From positions 1 to 64,000 of the IMG/VR virus record IMGVR_UViG_3300032007_000003: 64,000 nucleotides of DNA. One strand, written 5' to 3'. Positions 48,724 to 59,900 of the stretch are shown piece after piece. This DNA comes from a virus (Duplodnaviria; Heunggongvirae; Uroviricota; Caudoviricetes). A program made the position numbers and the translations under genes. The notes under the pieces are model-generated. The model saw nothing but the letters and a program-made list of their open reading frames with translations. It made no database searches and was not told where the DNA came from. Each line of letters starts with the position of its first letter. Within the stretch, counting starts at the first letter, position 1.

Positions 48724-49678
48724 TTATCTTATTTTTTATGTTATAAAGTTCTTTATCTAAAATTATATTTTCATTAGTATATATACCATTGAATCGCTTT
48801 GATGTTATTTTTTCCTTCCATCTTTTTGATATAACATACAACATCTTTATGTTGTTTTCATCGCATAATTCTTTTTTTGTTATATCTAGTCTAATACGTT
48901 TATCAAGATTTGATTTTAGTTTTAAATTTCCACTAAACTCTTTAAAATGTTGTTCTCCTTGACATTCAATAGCTAATTTAAATTCTGGAATATAAAAGTC
49001 TAATGTTTGTTTACCTAACCAATTAAAATTTTTTTGTCTTTCGAATTTAATGTTATTCTCAATTAGAAAATTTCTAACAATTCTTTCCAATTTACTAGAT
49101 TTACATATTGGACACCCTTCTCCTTGCAGATGCTTATCTGGAGTTTGCCAAAACTCACCGTGAATTGGACATATAATACAAACTTTTGTAGAATTGTTTA
49201 TATAATCAACTTTATCATAAATGTAGTCATCTTTATGAATATTTTTAAATTCTTTAATAACCTCTTCATTAGTTTTGTTTCTACCAACACATTTTGGGCA
49301 ACCTTGTTTTCTTAACGTATGTTTTTCTGGTGATTGCCAAAACTCTCCATGTATGGGACACATAATACAAACTTTTTCTTTTCTGTTTTTGTAAACAACT
49401 TTTGAATAGTCATATTTGTCACCATGAATTGATTTTGCTTCTTCTATAAATTGTTCTGTTGTTTTTCTAGTTGTGTTACCTCTTCTTTCATCATAACACT
49501 TTTGGCAACTAGAACCATTATGCAAAGAATTAGGTTTAGTCCTAAAGGTGTGATTATGTTTTTTACATCTTACTATTACATAGTTCTTATCACCATTATA
49601 TTCAGATAAAAGTTCTAATTCTGGATGTTCAATCAATAAACGTTCTTTAAATTCTTCTGTTGTTAATTTCTTTGGCAT
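48707..49678 (-). CDS. Putative homing endonuclease, paralog of 12505..13431
   Basis: HGDKYDYSKV, CPIHGEFWQ repeats, LDFYIP..AIECQGEQH. Confidence 0.85.
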   Translation of the reverse strand: MPKKLTTEEFKERLLIEHPELELLSEYNGDKNYVIVRCKKHNHTFRTKPNSLHNGSSCQKCYDERRGNTTRKTTEQFIEEAKSIHGDKYDYSKVVYKNRKEKVCIMCPIHGEFWQSPEKHTLRKQGCPKCVGRNKTNEEVIKEFKNIHKDDYIYDKVDYINNSTKVCIICPIHGEFWQTPDKHLQGEGCPICKSSKLERIVRNFLIENNIKFERQKNFNWLGKQTLDFYIPEFKLAIECQGEQHFKEFSGNLKLKSNLDKRIRLDITKKELCDENNIKMLYVISKRWKEKITSKRFNGIYTNENIILDKELYNIKNKINEESY

Positions 49679-49745
49679 AATATTTAAAATATTTAGTACT
49701 ATATAAAATATAATAATAAATATTCAAAAGACAAGGTTTTTTCTC

Positions 49746-50450
49746 CTAATTTTTCAAAATATTTTTAATTTTTTCTATTTTTTCTGAAATTATGGGTTTA
49801 TTATTTAATCTATCAGCATTCTCAAGCCAAGGTTGTAAACCTTCTTCCCCATTTAACGTTATGAAAGCATTATTGGTGCTAGGGTCACTGACTACATCCC
49901 AACATATAAGTTCAAAATCTTCACCCACGATATATTGTCCAAGTTTTTGTTCGACTGAGCCAACACCTCTTGATGAAACGCCAATCTTAATACCATTCAT
50001 AAGTAGATTAGCCATTTCGTCACCACGTGTGCTTACGATACCATATTTTCTAAATCCATATGAAGTATTGATTTCAAGTTTTCCGACTAATGTTCTACCT
50101 TCCCAATGAAGTTCAATAATATTTATTGCGATTCTTCCCAAATCGATTGTTGATTCTGCTGGATGATTCAATTCACCAATTGCTCTTCTATCATTAATCT
50201 TTTCTTGATATATTTCTACTTGTTTCTTCAATACACCTTCTGGGTATATTCTACCATTTGCGTTTTTAACGCCAAATTTCTGAAATACAGCATCCACAAT
50301 AAATGGATATGGGACACTCCATCCTTCATCTTCAAGGCTTTCTTTAATCTGCTTTGGATTTTTGATATACATGTATCCATCATTTTCAATAAGGATTCCA
50401 TGTCCAGTCTTACCTTCCTTTATTATCTCTAATTCAGCTTTTTTCATCAC
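49746..50450 (-). CDS. Prohead protease (gp21-like)
   Basis: N.NGRIYP, GELNHP, GVSSRG.GS, D.VSDPS...A. Confidence 0.95.
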   Translation of the reverse strand: MMKKAELEIIKEGKTGHGILIENDGYMYIKNPKQIKESLEDEGWSVPYPFIVDAVFQKFGVKNANGRIYPEGVLKKQVEIYQEKINDRRAIGELNHPAESTIDLGRIAINIIELHWEGRTLVGKLEINTSYGFRKYGIVSTRGDEMANLLMNGIKIGVSSRGVGSVEQKLGQYIVGEDFELICWDVVSDPSTNNAFITLNGEEGLQPWLENADRLNNKPIISEKIEKIKNILKN

Positions 50451-50619
50451 TAATATTTTTTATTAATAAATATTTGTCCTTTTCTAAATATTTATATATT
50501 AGTCAATAAAACCAAATAGTAAAATATCTATATTTCCATTATTTTTAGGGGTATATAGAATTTTTTTGGTATTTTTGGTATATTTATAATTAAAATAATG
50601 TATTAAATCTATTTTCTAA

Positions 50620-52068
50620 ATGAGCAAAAATATTAGAAGCAAAGTAGTTAGAGAATCTTTATTGGATTACAACACACTCGCAAATTCTTTGAAGGAAAAT
50701 ACTGAGAGTGCAGTTAAAGCTCTTTTGGGCGAGGCTGTACGTGATACATATGCCAAGTTATTGTCTGAAGACGATGACAAGGACTACGAAGAGGGTGAAG
50801 TGGAAGATACTAGTTCTGATATTGCAAACGATGCAGAATCTAGCGATGTTGTTGACGATGGTCAAGCAGACGCAGACGCTGGTATGGACGCTGAAGGTGG
50901 CGATGTAGAAGGTGGAGAACTTGAGGGTGGTGAAGAGCCAATCGAGGGTGACCCAGTGGATGACGGAGCTGTTGAAGGCGAAGGAGGCGATGAATGGGCA
51001 GAGTTTGATAAATATAAGGTATCAGACGATGAGTATGACTTTACAAATGCGGAAGACGAGGAAATCGTAAAGGTTTACAAATTAATGAAGAATGATGACC
51101 AAATCCTTGTACATAAAGATGACAATGGAAATGTGAACATTCAAGACAATGAAACTGGAGCTGAGTACCTAATCAATCTTGGTGATAATGATGATTCATT
51201 TGATTCAAGTGACGATGAAGTAATTACTGATGACAGTGCAGAAGATGATTTTGAAAATAACATGGATGATATGAATGAATCAACAGAGAGAATGTTTGAA
51301 CTTGTACTAGAGTATGATTCAAACGTAGGCTACACTGACAATTATCAGAAGAAGGATGTAATGACAAATCCAGGTATGTCAGAGCCAGGTAAAAATGTAA
51401 ACGATTGGGATGCAGGTGTACCAAAGGGCGATTCAAAGCCTTGGTCTGGATACCCAGGTAAGAAAAATAAGGCAGATAAACCATTCAACGCTGGTAAAGG
51501 TAAAGAACTCGAAGAGGAAGAGAACCTTGAGGAATCAGCAGCAGAGTGCGGTGGAAGAATGGGTGCTCATGGTAGAATGATGGGAACGAAATCTCATAAC
51601 CCTATTAAGGCAAAGAAGAATTCTCCAATGAACCAACATCACGTTTCAACTGCTGGTGAGTACGATGGCAATCCAACCAATGAGAGCTTCATTAAGAGAG
51701 CGAATGCAGTTCTTGAGGAAAACAAGGAGCTTAAATCTACCTTGACTGACCTTATGGAGCAGTTGAAGAAGGTATCTGTAACAAACCACAATCTTGCACA
51801 GATTATTAAGTTGGTTTCTGAGAACACAACCTCTAAAGATGAGAAGAAGGAGATTATCAACAGATTCAAGAATGAGGGTAAGACCATCGAAGCTTCTCAA
51901 GCACTTTATGAGTCAATCAGTCGTGAGTTGCAGAAGACCAACAAAATGAACATCACTGAAGAGAAGAGTCTTACAGTTGAGGGTTCACAGAAAATCAATG
52001 AGACACCTATTTATAAGTCACAAGATTTGTTAGATTCTCTTGATTTAATGCATAGAATGATGAAATAA
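50620..52068 (+). CDS. Prohead scaffold/core protein (gp22-like position)
   Basis: Acidic with C-terminal coiled coil, directly before MCP; late motif at 50580. Confidence 0.75.
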   Translation: MSKNIRSKVVRESLLDYNTLANSLKENTESAVKALLGEAVRDTYAKLLSEDDDKDYEEGEVEDTSSDIANDAESSDVVDDGQADADAGMDAEGGDVEGGELEGGEEPIEGDPVDDGAVEGEGGDEWAEFDKYKVSDDEYDFTNAEDEEIVKVYKLMKNDDQILVHKDDNGNVNIQDNETGAEYLINLGDNDDSFDSSDDEVITDDSAEDDFENNMDDMNESTERMFELVLEYDSNVGYTDNYQKKDVMTNPGMSEPGKNVNDWDAGVPKGDSKPWSGYPGKKNKADKPFNAGKGKELEEEENLEESAAECGGRMGAHGRMMGTKSHNPIKAKKNSPMNQHHVSTAGEYDGNPTNESFIKRANAVLEENKELKSTLTDLMEQLKKVSVTNHNLAQIIKLVSENTTSKDEKKEIINRFKNEGKTIEASQALYESISRELQKTNKMNITEEKSLTVEGSQKINETPIYKSQDLLDSLDLMHRMMK

Positions 52069-52140
52069 TTAAATTTTTCAAATTTCGTGTATATTTATTA
52101 GAAAAAAAATAACTAAGTAAAATAAACTTCATTTATCTAT

Positions 52141-54174
52141 ATGAAAGAATTTTTATCAGCTGGTGTAGTTGGAAATATTGAGTACAACGCACAAAAACAG
52201 ATACGTGAGAGCATTCAGAACCGTTGGGACAATCTTGGTTTCACCGAGGGTCTTCCAGAGGGTATCAAGGAGAATGTTGCTACATTGTATGAGAATGAGG
52301 CAAAGCACTTGATTTATGAGGCTACTGCTTCTGATAACAGTGGTTCTTTTGAAACCGTTGTTTTCCCAATTATTAGACGTGTATTCAGCAAGCTTCTTGC
52401 TAATGACATCGTATCAGTACAGGCTATGAACCTTCCAGTAGGTAAGTTGTTCTTCATTCTTCCTGTAACTTCAGAGAGAGAGTGGGAACTCCCAGCAGAT
52501 GCAACTGGTGCAACTCCTGGTGATATTATCGATGGAACAACTGGTCGTCATAAGGGTCTTATGGGTTATGACCGTGTAAACCGTAATAAGGAAGGTCGTG
52601 TAGAGCCAAGATATTATCTCCCAGATGAGACAATTAATGAACTTCAGAATGCATGGTATATTCCAGTTCTTAGTGACGAGGATACCTATGACACATTCGA
52701 GGCAGCAAAAGAAGCAGCAGAGGCAGCTGGTCTTAATCCAACAGCTATCCGTAAGGTAGGTCCTGAGGTAACTCAGTACTTCCAGAAGTCACTTTACGAT
52801 TTGTTCTACAATGACTTCTTGTATGACAACTCTAAGGGTAAGGTTACTATCAAGGTTGGTGAGGCAATCCCAGTATTCTTGACCCCTGGTGGTGTTCGCC
52901 CATTCGGTGCTGACAATCTTAATCAGTACTTCAAGAGTGGTTTCGATGGTACTATCCGTAACGTCATCCTTGAGATTGATGGTTTCTCTTCATTCAACGC
53001 TTCTAAGTTGACTGGTCCTGACGGAAACGAAATGGACACTGAAGGATTCCTTGCTTCTCTTAAGGTTATCACTCAGAAGGAATTTGCAGCAGCTAATGTT
53101 CCTGGTTCAGAGAGCGTAATGACTGCATCTTTCAGAAAGTTTGAGTCTGTTCCATTCAGAGTTGTTACTCAGAAGTATGGTAAGGGTATTGTAGAGTACG
53201 GTGCAGCTTGCGATGCAGAGGGTAAGATGTATATTGAACTTGACTTGGCTAAACCAGTAGTTCAGCAAGCAGGTACAATCGATGGTTATGTTGGTGTTGA
53301 CGCAGCAGCTCTTGATGCAGCTATCGTTAAGAGTGGTAGCACTATCGATTATGAGGCAACTAAGGAGAACATGAAGGCTTTGTTCAAGATTGCTTGGGCA
53401 CAGTATGATTCTCTTGAGCTTGAGACCGAAATCGGTGAGGTTAGCTTCAAGCTTGATTCAGTAACCGTATCAGTTGAGGAGAGAAAGCTTCGTGCAACAT
53501 GGTCTCCAGAGTTGGCACAAGACGTTTCTGCATTCCACAACATTGACGCAGAGGCTGAGTTGACAGCTATCCTTTCAGAGCAGATTGCAGCAGAAATTGA
53601 CCGTGAGATTCTTCGTGACTTGCGTAAGGGTGCTCCTTGGCAAGCTCGTTGGGATGTTAATGGTTGGAGACGTATGGCTGCATTCTCAACCAACTATACT
53701 CAGAAGGATTGGAATCAGGAGTTGATGACTAAGATTAACCAGATTTCTGCACAGATTCACAAGTCTACACTTCGTGGTGGTGCTAACTTCATTGTAGTAT
53801 CTTCAGAGATTAGTGCGTTGTTCGATAACCTTGAGTACTTCCACGTTTCTGACGCTAGCGCAGAGAGCGACCAGTACAACATGGGTATCGAGAAGATTGG
53901 TGCTCTTGGTGGACGTTACACCGTTTACCGTGACCCATATTCTCCACACTGGTCAATGATTATTGGTCATAAGGGTAAGTCACTTCTTGACACAGGTTAC
54001 ATCTATGCACCATATGTGCCAATGCAGTTGACCCCGACAATGTATAATCCATTCAACTTTGCACCTGTTAAGGGTATTATGACGAGATATGCAAAGAAGA
54101 TGGTAAATAATCGTTACTACGGACATGTTCGTGTAGATGGTCTTGTACATTGGAGCATTAATGAATTCAGATAA
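52141..54174 (+). CDS. Major capsid protein (gp23-like)
   Basis: VQAMNLP.G, RKLRATWSPELAQD, DAEAEL, EIDREI, YAPYVP, GIMTRY. Confidence 0.97.
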   Translation: MKEFLSAGVVGNIEYNAQKQIRESIQNRWDNLGFTEGLPEGIKENVATLYENEAKHLIYEATASDNSGSFETVVFPIIRRVFSKLLANDIVSVQAMNLPVGKLFFILPVTSEREWELPADATGATPGDIIDGTTGRHKGLMGYDRVNRNKEGRVEPRYYLPDETINELQNAWYIPVLSDEDTYDTFEAAKEAAEAAGLNPTAIRKVGPEVTQYFQKSLYDLFYNDFLYDNSKGKVTIKVGEAIPVFLTPGGVRPFGADNLNQYFKSGFDGTIRNVILEIDGFSSFNASKLTGPDGNEMDTEGFLASLKVITQKEFAAANVPGSESVMTASFRKFESVPFRVVTQKYGKGIVEYGAACDAEGKMYIELDLAKPVVQQAGTIDGYVGVDAAALDAAIVKSGSTIDYEATKENMKALFKIAWAQYDSLELETEIGEVSFKLDSVTVSVEERKLRATWSPELAQDVSAFHNIDAEAELTAILSEQIAAEIDREILRDLRKGAPWQARWDVNGWRRMAAFSTNYTQKDWNQELMTKINQISAQIHKSTLRGGANFIVVSSEISALFDNLEYFHVSDASAESDQYNMGIEKIGALGGRYTVYRDPYSPHWSMIIGHKGKSLLDTGYIYAPYVPMQLTPTMYNPFNFAPVKGIMTRYAKKMVNNRYYGHVRVDGLVHWSINEFR

Positions 54175-54201
54175 TAACTGATTGAAAATCAATACTTTAT
54201 A

Positions 54202-54236
54202 AAAGTTGCCAAGTAAGTTACTTGGCAACTTTTTTA
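54202..54236 (+). terminator. Rho-independent terminator after MCP
   Basis: AAAGTTGCCAAGTAA-G-TTACTTGGCAACTTT followed by a T-run. Confidence 0.8.
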
Positions 54237-54439
54237 TTTTATATGCTAAAATTGTATTGGGAAAGTTATCTTTTTTTATTACATCAAAATATTTATTGTA
54301 TGGAAAAAGTTATTATATTTTATAATGAAAGTATAATAAAAAATACTAGTAATTTTATTAAAAATACCACTTGCATAGAAAAAGTTATCAAAAAAATTGC
54401 TTTTTAGAAATAATTTATATATCTTTGCATAAATTAATA

Positions 54440-55267
54440 ATGTGTATGAAACCAATGAATTATTGGAATAACAAGGAGAATTGTCTAAATGAAGCTAAGA
54501 AATACAGAACAGCCTATGAACTACAACGTGCTAATTGTGGCTGTTATGCTGGTCTTAGACGTAATGGGTGGGTATATGAAGCATATCCTACCAAGGATGG
54601 AATTAAACAAATGAACTACTGGAAGAATAAGGACAAGGTAATAGAAGCAGCTAGACAGTGTTCTACCAAGATGGAGTTCAAGAGAAGGTTCGGTGGTGCA
54701 TTCAATGCTGCAATCAGATATGGCTGGGAAGATGAGGCTTTCAGTGGGTTTACGAAAACAATAAAATATGCTGACCTAGATGCAAAAATACATTGTGTTT
54801 ATGTATATGAGATTATTGAGTTGAAAACTTGTTATGTTGGTAGAACATCAGACTTACATAAAAGAGATTTGTCTCATAAACGTGGTAGAAGGCACAAGGA
54901 CGGGTCTATAACATATGATTCGTTGTATATGTTCTGTGCTAGCAACAACATACAGATACCAGAGCCTTCTGTGAAAGACAAAGAGCTATCTGGTGAGGAG
55001 AGTCTGATTAGAGAAGATTATTGGGTTAATTCATATAGAGAGAATGGGTGGAATGTGATTAATAAGGCAAAGACTGGGAGGCTAAGTGGTTCTCTTGGTG
55101 CTATTAAAAAGTGGAATTATGAGACTTGTAAAGAGTTCTGCAAGAGTTACACATATAAAAGTGAAGTAAAAAGTGCGAATTACAGTTGTTATTATACTTG
55201 TTTAAAGAATGGTTGGTTTGAAGAATTTGGAATAAAAAATAAATATAACTATGGGAAGAATAGGTAA
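54440..55267 (+). CDS. GIY-YIG homing endonuclease with helical repeats
   Basis: CVYVYE...YVGRT...R; W...C..EAKKY repeats; host-type promoter at 54396-54427. Confidence 0.8.
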   Translation: MCMKPMNYWNNKENCLNEAKKYRTAYELQRANCGCYAGLRRNGWVYEAYPTKDGIKQMNYWKNKDKVIEAARQCSTKMEFKRRFGGAFNAAIRYGWEDEAFSGFTKTIKYADLDAKIHCVYVYEIIELKTCYVGRTSDLHKRDLSHKRGRRHKDGSITYDSLYMFCASNNIQIPEPSVKDKELSGEESLIREDYWVNSYRENGWNVINKAKTGRLSGSLGAIKKWNYETCKEFCKSYTYKSEVKSANYSCYYTCLKNGWFEEFGIKNKYNYGKNR

Positions 55268-56462
55268 GGTTATTGATGCCGAAGAGCTGCGTAAGGCATA
55301 TGAGGAGATTGGCAACATAAAGGAGCTTGCAAAGAAGTTCCACACATCAAACAACAGGATGATAAAGCTTCTTGCAGATAATGGAATTGAGACTAAGAAG
55401 GTTGGTAACAAGATAGAAGTATCAAAAAATGAAATTAAATCAATTGTCAATGATTACGAGAAATATAATTTGACGATGAAGGAGATATGTGAAAAGTATA
55501 ATCTCAAGGTTGATAAGGTTAGAGAAATTCTATCTGGTAATGGGGTTGTTGCACATAGGTGGCACGGACACACAAAGAGTTCCAATGCTAGTAAAATAGG
55601 CATAATAAAGAAAATAACAAGCATCCTTGAAGATAATGAAATTGGTTTTGAAATGAATTCTAAAATATCAAAGAACTTAACTGTAGGCTTGGTCGCAAAT
55701 GGTGTATGTGTTGATGTTTACAAAAACAAATACCTTGTTGAATCAATAAATGAAAATAACAAGACCCTTCTATTGAAACGTAATGAGATGTGTCTTAAAT
55801 ATGGCTACAAGTACATACAGATATTAGAAGATGAATACAAGGATAATCCAAGTATTGTCATATCTAAGGTAACACATATTCTTGGATTAGATGACCCAAT
55901 AAGAAAAATACCAGCAAGGAAATGTACAGTTCAAGAGATTTTTAAGGAAGATGCAGAACGTTTCCTTAATGAAAATCACATACAAGGGTTTGTTAGTTCA
56001 ACTGTGTACCTTGGGGCTGTTTTTGAGGGCGAAATAATAGGCGTAATGGCATTTTTGAATGAGAACAAGGGTAACTGGAATCTTACAAGATTTGCTTCAT
56101 TGAATGGATATATATGCCAAGGTCTTGCAAGCAAGATGTTAAAACATTTCACTAGGAATTATAACCCAGAGTATATACGTTCATTTGCAGATAGGAGGTG
56201 GACTCTTGATAAGGACAACAATGTATACACAAAAATTGGATTTGCATTAGATGAAATTCTAAAGCCAGAATATAGATATTATAATCCACAAGTTGATAAA
56301 TACAAGAGATTTCATAAGTTCGGGTTTAGAAAAGCAACTCTACATAAAAAATATGGGTTTCCAATGACAATGACAGAGCTAGAAATGACAAAGGAACTTG
56401 GGTATGATAGAATTTGGGATTGTGGATTATTTAAATATGTATGGAGAAAGTCTTTAAAATAA
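55251..56462 (+). CDS. Hef-like endonuclease with C-terminal GNAT/Mom-like domain
   Basis: ARKC.V, FL.ENHIQG, LTRFAS, G.ASKML, SFADRRW, IWDCG. Confidence 0.75.
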   Translation: MGRIGKVIDAEELRKAYEEIGNIKELAKKFHTSNNRMIKLLADNGIETKKVGNKIEVSKNEIKSIVNDYEKYNLTMKEICEKYNLKVDKVREILSGNGVVAHRWHGHTKSSNASKIGIIKKITSILEDNEIGFEMNSKISKNLTVGLVANGVCVDVYKNKYLVESINENNKTLLLKRNEMCLKYGYKYIQILEDEYKDNPSIVISKVTHILGLDDPIRKIPARKCTVQEIFKEDAERFLNENHIQGFVSSTVYLGAVFEGEIIGVMAFLNENKGNWNLTRFASLNGYICQGLASKMLKHFTRNYNPEYIRSFADRRWTLDKDNNVYTKIGFALDEILKPEYRYYNPQVDKYKRFHKFGFRKATLHKKYGFPMTMTELEMTKELGYDRIWDCGLFKYVWRKSLK

Positions 56463-56536
56463 AAGTGAAGTTTTTAATATTTATATATAAGTTTTATATG
56501 ATTTTTTACTAATAACTATTTTTAATTTTATATTTT

Positions 56537-56848
56537 ATGAAGTACAATTTTATTAATAATTCAGAATTTAAGGACAACATTTTATTAATTCCATTCACAG
56601 AGAATGTTTTAAAAAGAAGTAATATCAAGACTGAAACAATAACAATAGATGATTGGGATTTGGATAGAATCTATCTGACGATAGATGGGAAAGAATATAC
56701 TATTAGGATGTGGAATATATGGGAAACGGAAAAAATGGTAAACTTTGAGTGGAGTCTCATTACTTGGTTAAATGGTGAATCTAGTGGAACTACATTAACA
56801 AGAGGTTACTCAAGATTTAGAAAATCTGATTATAAAGATAAACAATAA
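56537..56848 (+). CDS. Hypothetical late protein
   Basis: 103 aa, late motif at 56477, terminator at 56875-56904. Confidence 0.65.
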   Translation: MKYNFINNSEFKDNILLIPFTENVLKRSNIKTETITIDDWDLDRIYLTIDGKEYTIRMWNIWETEKMVNFEWSLITWLNGESSGTTLTRGYSRFRKSDYKDKQ

Positions 56849-56934
56849 CTACAAGCAATAAACAATTAAATATCAAGCAGTCAAGTTTTTTGACTGCTTT
56901 TTTTATGCCATAATGAATTAATGAAAGTGAGTAA

Positions 56935-56943
56935 ATATTTATA
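56935..56943 (+). promoter_or_regulatory. Putative late promoter ATATTTAT(A/T) (representative of ~20 copies)
   Basis: On the sense strand 14-57 nt before structural genes: 2481, 32812, 35918, 38168, 40981, 42933, 45061, 47928, 50580, 52091, 56477, 61669, 63784 (plus); 15545, 25051, 49715, 50465 (minus); also 325. Confidence 0.72.
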
Positions 56944-56984
56944 TAAAAGAAAATAACTAATAAAATTAAAATATTTCAAGAATT

Positions 56985-59900
56985 ATGGCAGATAATGCAA
57001 GAGGAATACATGTTTCACCTGGTATCTATACTCGTGAGATAGACATCAACTACGCTGTACGTAGCCTTGGAATCACAACACTTGGTGTTGTTGGTGAGAC
57101 CTTGAAAGGTCCAGCTTTTCAAGCAATGGACATTGCTAACTGGCGTGAGTTCCAAGAGGTGTTTGGTGGAACAAGTACAGAAAAGTTCAAAGGAAGTCAA
57201 TATCCTAAATACGAGTTGCCTTATATAGCTAAGTCTTACTTGAGCGAGTCAGAGCAACTTAAGGTTGTTCGTGTTCTTGGTCTTAGTGGCTATAACGCAG
57301 GTCCTGCTTGGCTTGTTACAGCAACAGATGGCAATAGTGGTAGCACACCAATAGCTGTTGCTGTAATCCGTTCAAGAGGTACTTATAATCCATACGAAAC
57401 TGGTTCTACTACTGCATGTACATGTGAGGAGACAAAATATGACGTTCTTAAGTACTTTGTTGGAGAAAAAGCAACTAGTGGATTAGCTGGAAATATTTGT
57501 GCCAAAAATGGTTATAATATGAAAGCTCTTCAAATTAGACCTTATGTACCAATGGATAGCAATGGAGATGAATGTTCTGGCTATGGTATGGGTGCTGACA
57601 GTGGAGCAACAAATTTTTTGATTTCTCAAACTAATCATGGAAGATTCAAACTTGTTGGCGTTGTTGGTGTATATAATGCTAGCGGAGACACTGGTACAGA
57701 TGAAATTATAAAAGCTGGAGAAGGAAAGTCTAGTAATACAGCCCACACACGTTCTTGGGCAGAATCGATGGGTTACTTTGAGTATCCTGTAACTCTTAAT
57801 CCATATGATAAGGAGTATATTCTCAACGTTCTTGGTTCAAAACCTTACGATGGTGATGCTCCAATCTTTGTTGAATCTCTTTATGACGTTGCTCTTGACC
57901 AAGCAATCATTGAGGGTAGTGTGAACAAAATTAGTAGCGCACTAACCGAGTATGATGCTTTTTATACAGCAGATTATTGTCATCATGAACCAGTATCTAG
58001 CTTGATGGTGAAGGCTCCAGAAACTCTTAGAAGAAAGGATGTTGGTGTAAGAGTTTTGGCAGATGGTGAAGCAATTAAACTTGGAATGTATGCAACACCT
58101 TATGACTATAATACAAATAAGCCTTATACAGTAAAGACAATTCCAAGTGGTTATACAATTGTTAATGTAATGCCAGAAGCTATTGCTGCTGGAACCGATG
58201 AACAGAAAGCTACTTGGTCAGCAAACACATTAGCACAAGTTGCAGTACTTGCAGGACAAATTTACACTGTAAGACAATATACAAATGCTGATGGTAAGAG
58301 AGATTACCATTATGGATATTATGACAAAGCAAGTGTATCAGCATTTACTACTTCATATGCCACTGCTACCCCTATCAAAAAGGTTGACCCAACAAATCTT
58401 TATGGAAACCTTAAGGGTGGAGGTACAAAGGGTATGGAAAGCGATAGTAATCTTGCTACTATGGATTGCGACAGCAGATTCGCTACTCTAGTGCTTAACA
58501 CTTATGATGGTCTTTACTATAAGATGGTAGGTGATGAGGTTAAGTATGTACAACTTGATATGAATGATTATAAGTCAGCATACAGATATGCTTCAACTCC
58601 TTGGATTGTATCTAACTTGAAGGGTGACTATAATCACGTTGAACTTAACAAGTTGTTCAGATTCCATACAATCACAGATGGAAACAACGCTAACTACGAG
58701 GTTAAGATTTCTATCGAGAATATCAGACCAGATGATGGTGTATTCGATGTAGTAGTACGTAGAATTGACGATGCTGATGAGTCAATCGTTCCACTTGAGA
58801 GATTCAGTAAATGTTCTATGATTCCAGGTGATAGCAACTATATCGCTTACAAGATTGGTTCATTCGATGGAGTATATGAGTCTAAGTCTAAGTACATTAC
58901 TGTTGAGGTAAATGAGACAACTGCTGCTAAGATGTCTGTTCCAGCAGGTTTCTTGGGATATCCAATCCCTCAGTACAGTGGTATCACAATTACTGGAAGC
59001 GGTTCATCTGTTAACTTCCCAATATTGAAGTATAATAGATTCTTTGACCCAGATATCAAGAATAGAAAACAGTACTTTGGTCTTTCTTCTTGGGTAGGTG
59101 TTGATATTGACAACTTCACATTCAAGGGTAATAAGGCATATATTGATAATCCAGCATTCTTAACTAGAGGTTTCCATCTTGATTCAAGACTTGATGCTGA
59201 TAATGGAGGTATTTCAGCATACACAGTTGATGGAGAAAGTGGGTATAAGTTCGATTGCGTTTCTACAAACTCTAGAACATCTACATTGTCTGAGCCACCA
59301 ATTATCGGTACTGAAGATGATATGTATGGTTCAATCTACGAGTATGTAAATCTTCGTAAGTTCACTGTATTCTTCTACGGAGGATTCGATGGATGGGATG
59401 ATTACAGAGACCAGAGAACCAATACTGACGGTTACAAGATGTCTCAGTACAGAGGATTCATCAATCAAGGTAGCGGTGAGGGTTACGCATTCAATAGAAT
59501 CAAGAATCCAGACCTTCTACAATTGAATCAGAACGGTATTACCTCTGACTGGTATGCTTACTTAAGTGGTATCAGACAGTTCTCTAATCCAGAGGCTACA
59601 GATATTAATGTATTCGCTACTCCAGGTATCGACTATGTAAACAATAGACTTCTTGTTGAGGAAGCAATTGAAATGGTTGAGGAGGAGAGAGCAGATTCAA
59701 TTTATGTTGTAACAACTCCAGATAAACCAAGTGGCGCAGGTGACTACGTTGATGAAATGTTTACACCAGAAGAGGCTGTAGATAATCTTGAGGATGCTGA
59801 AATTGATTCTAACTATACTTGTACATATTATCCTTGGGTTAAGTATCTTGACCAAGATAACAATCAGTATATTTATCTTCCAGCAACAAAGGATGCAGTT

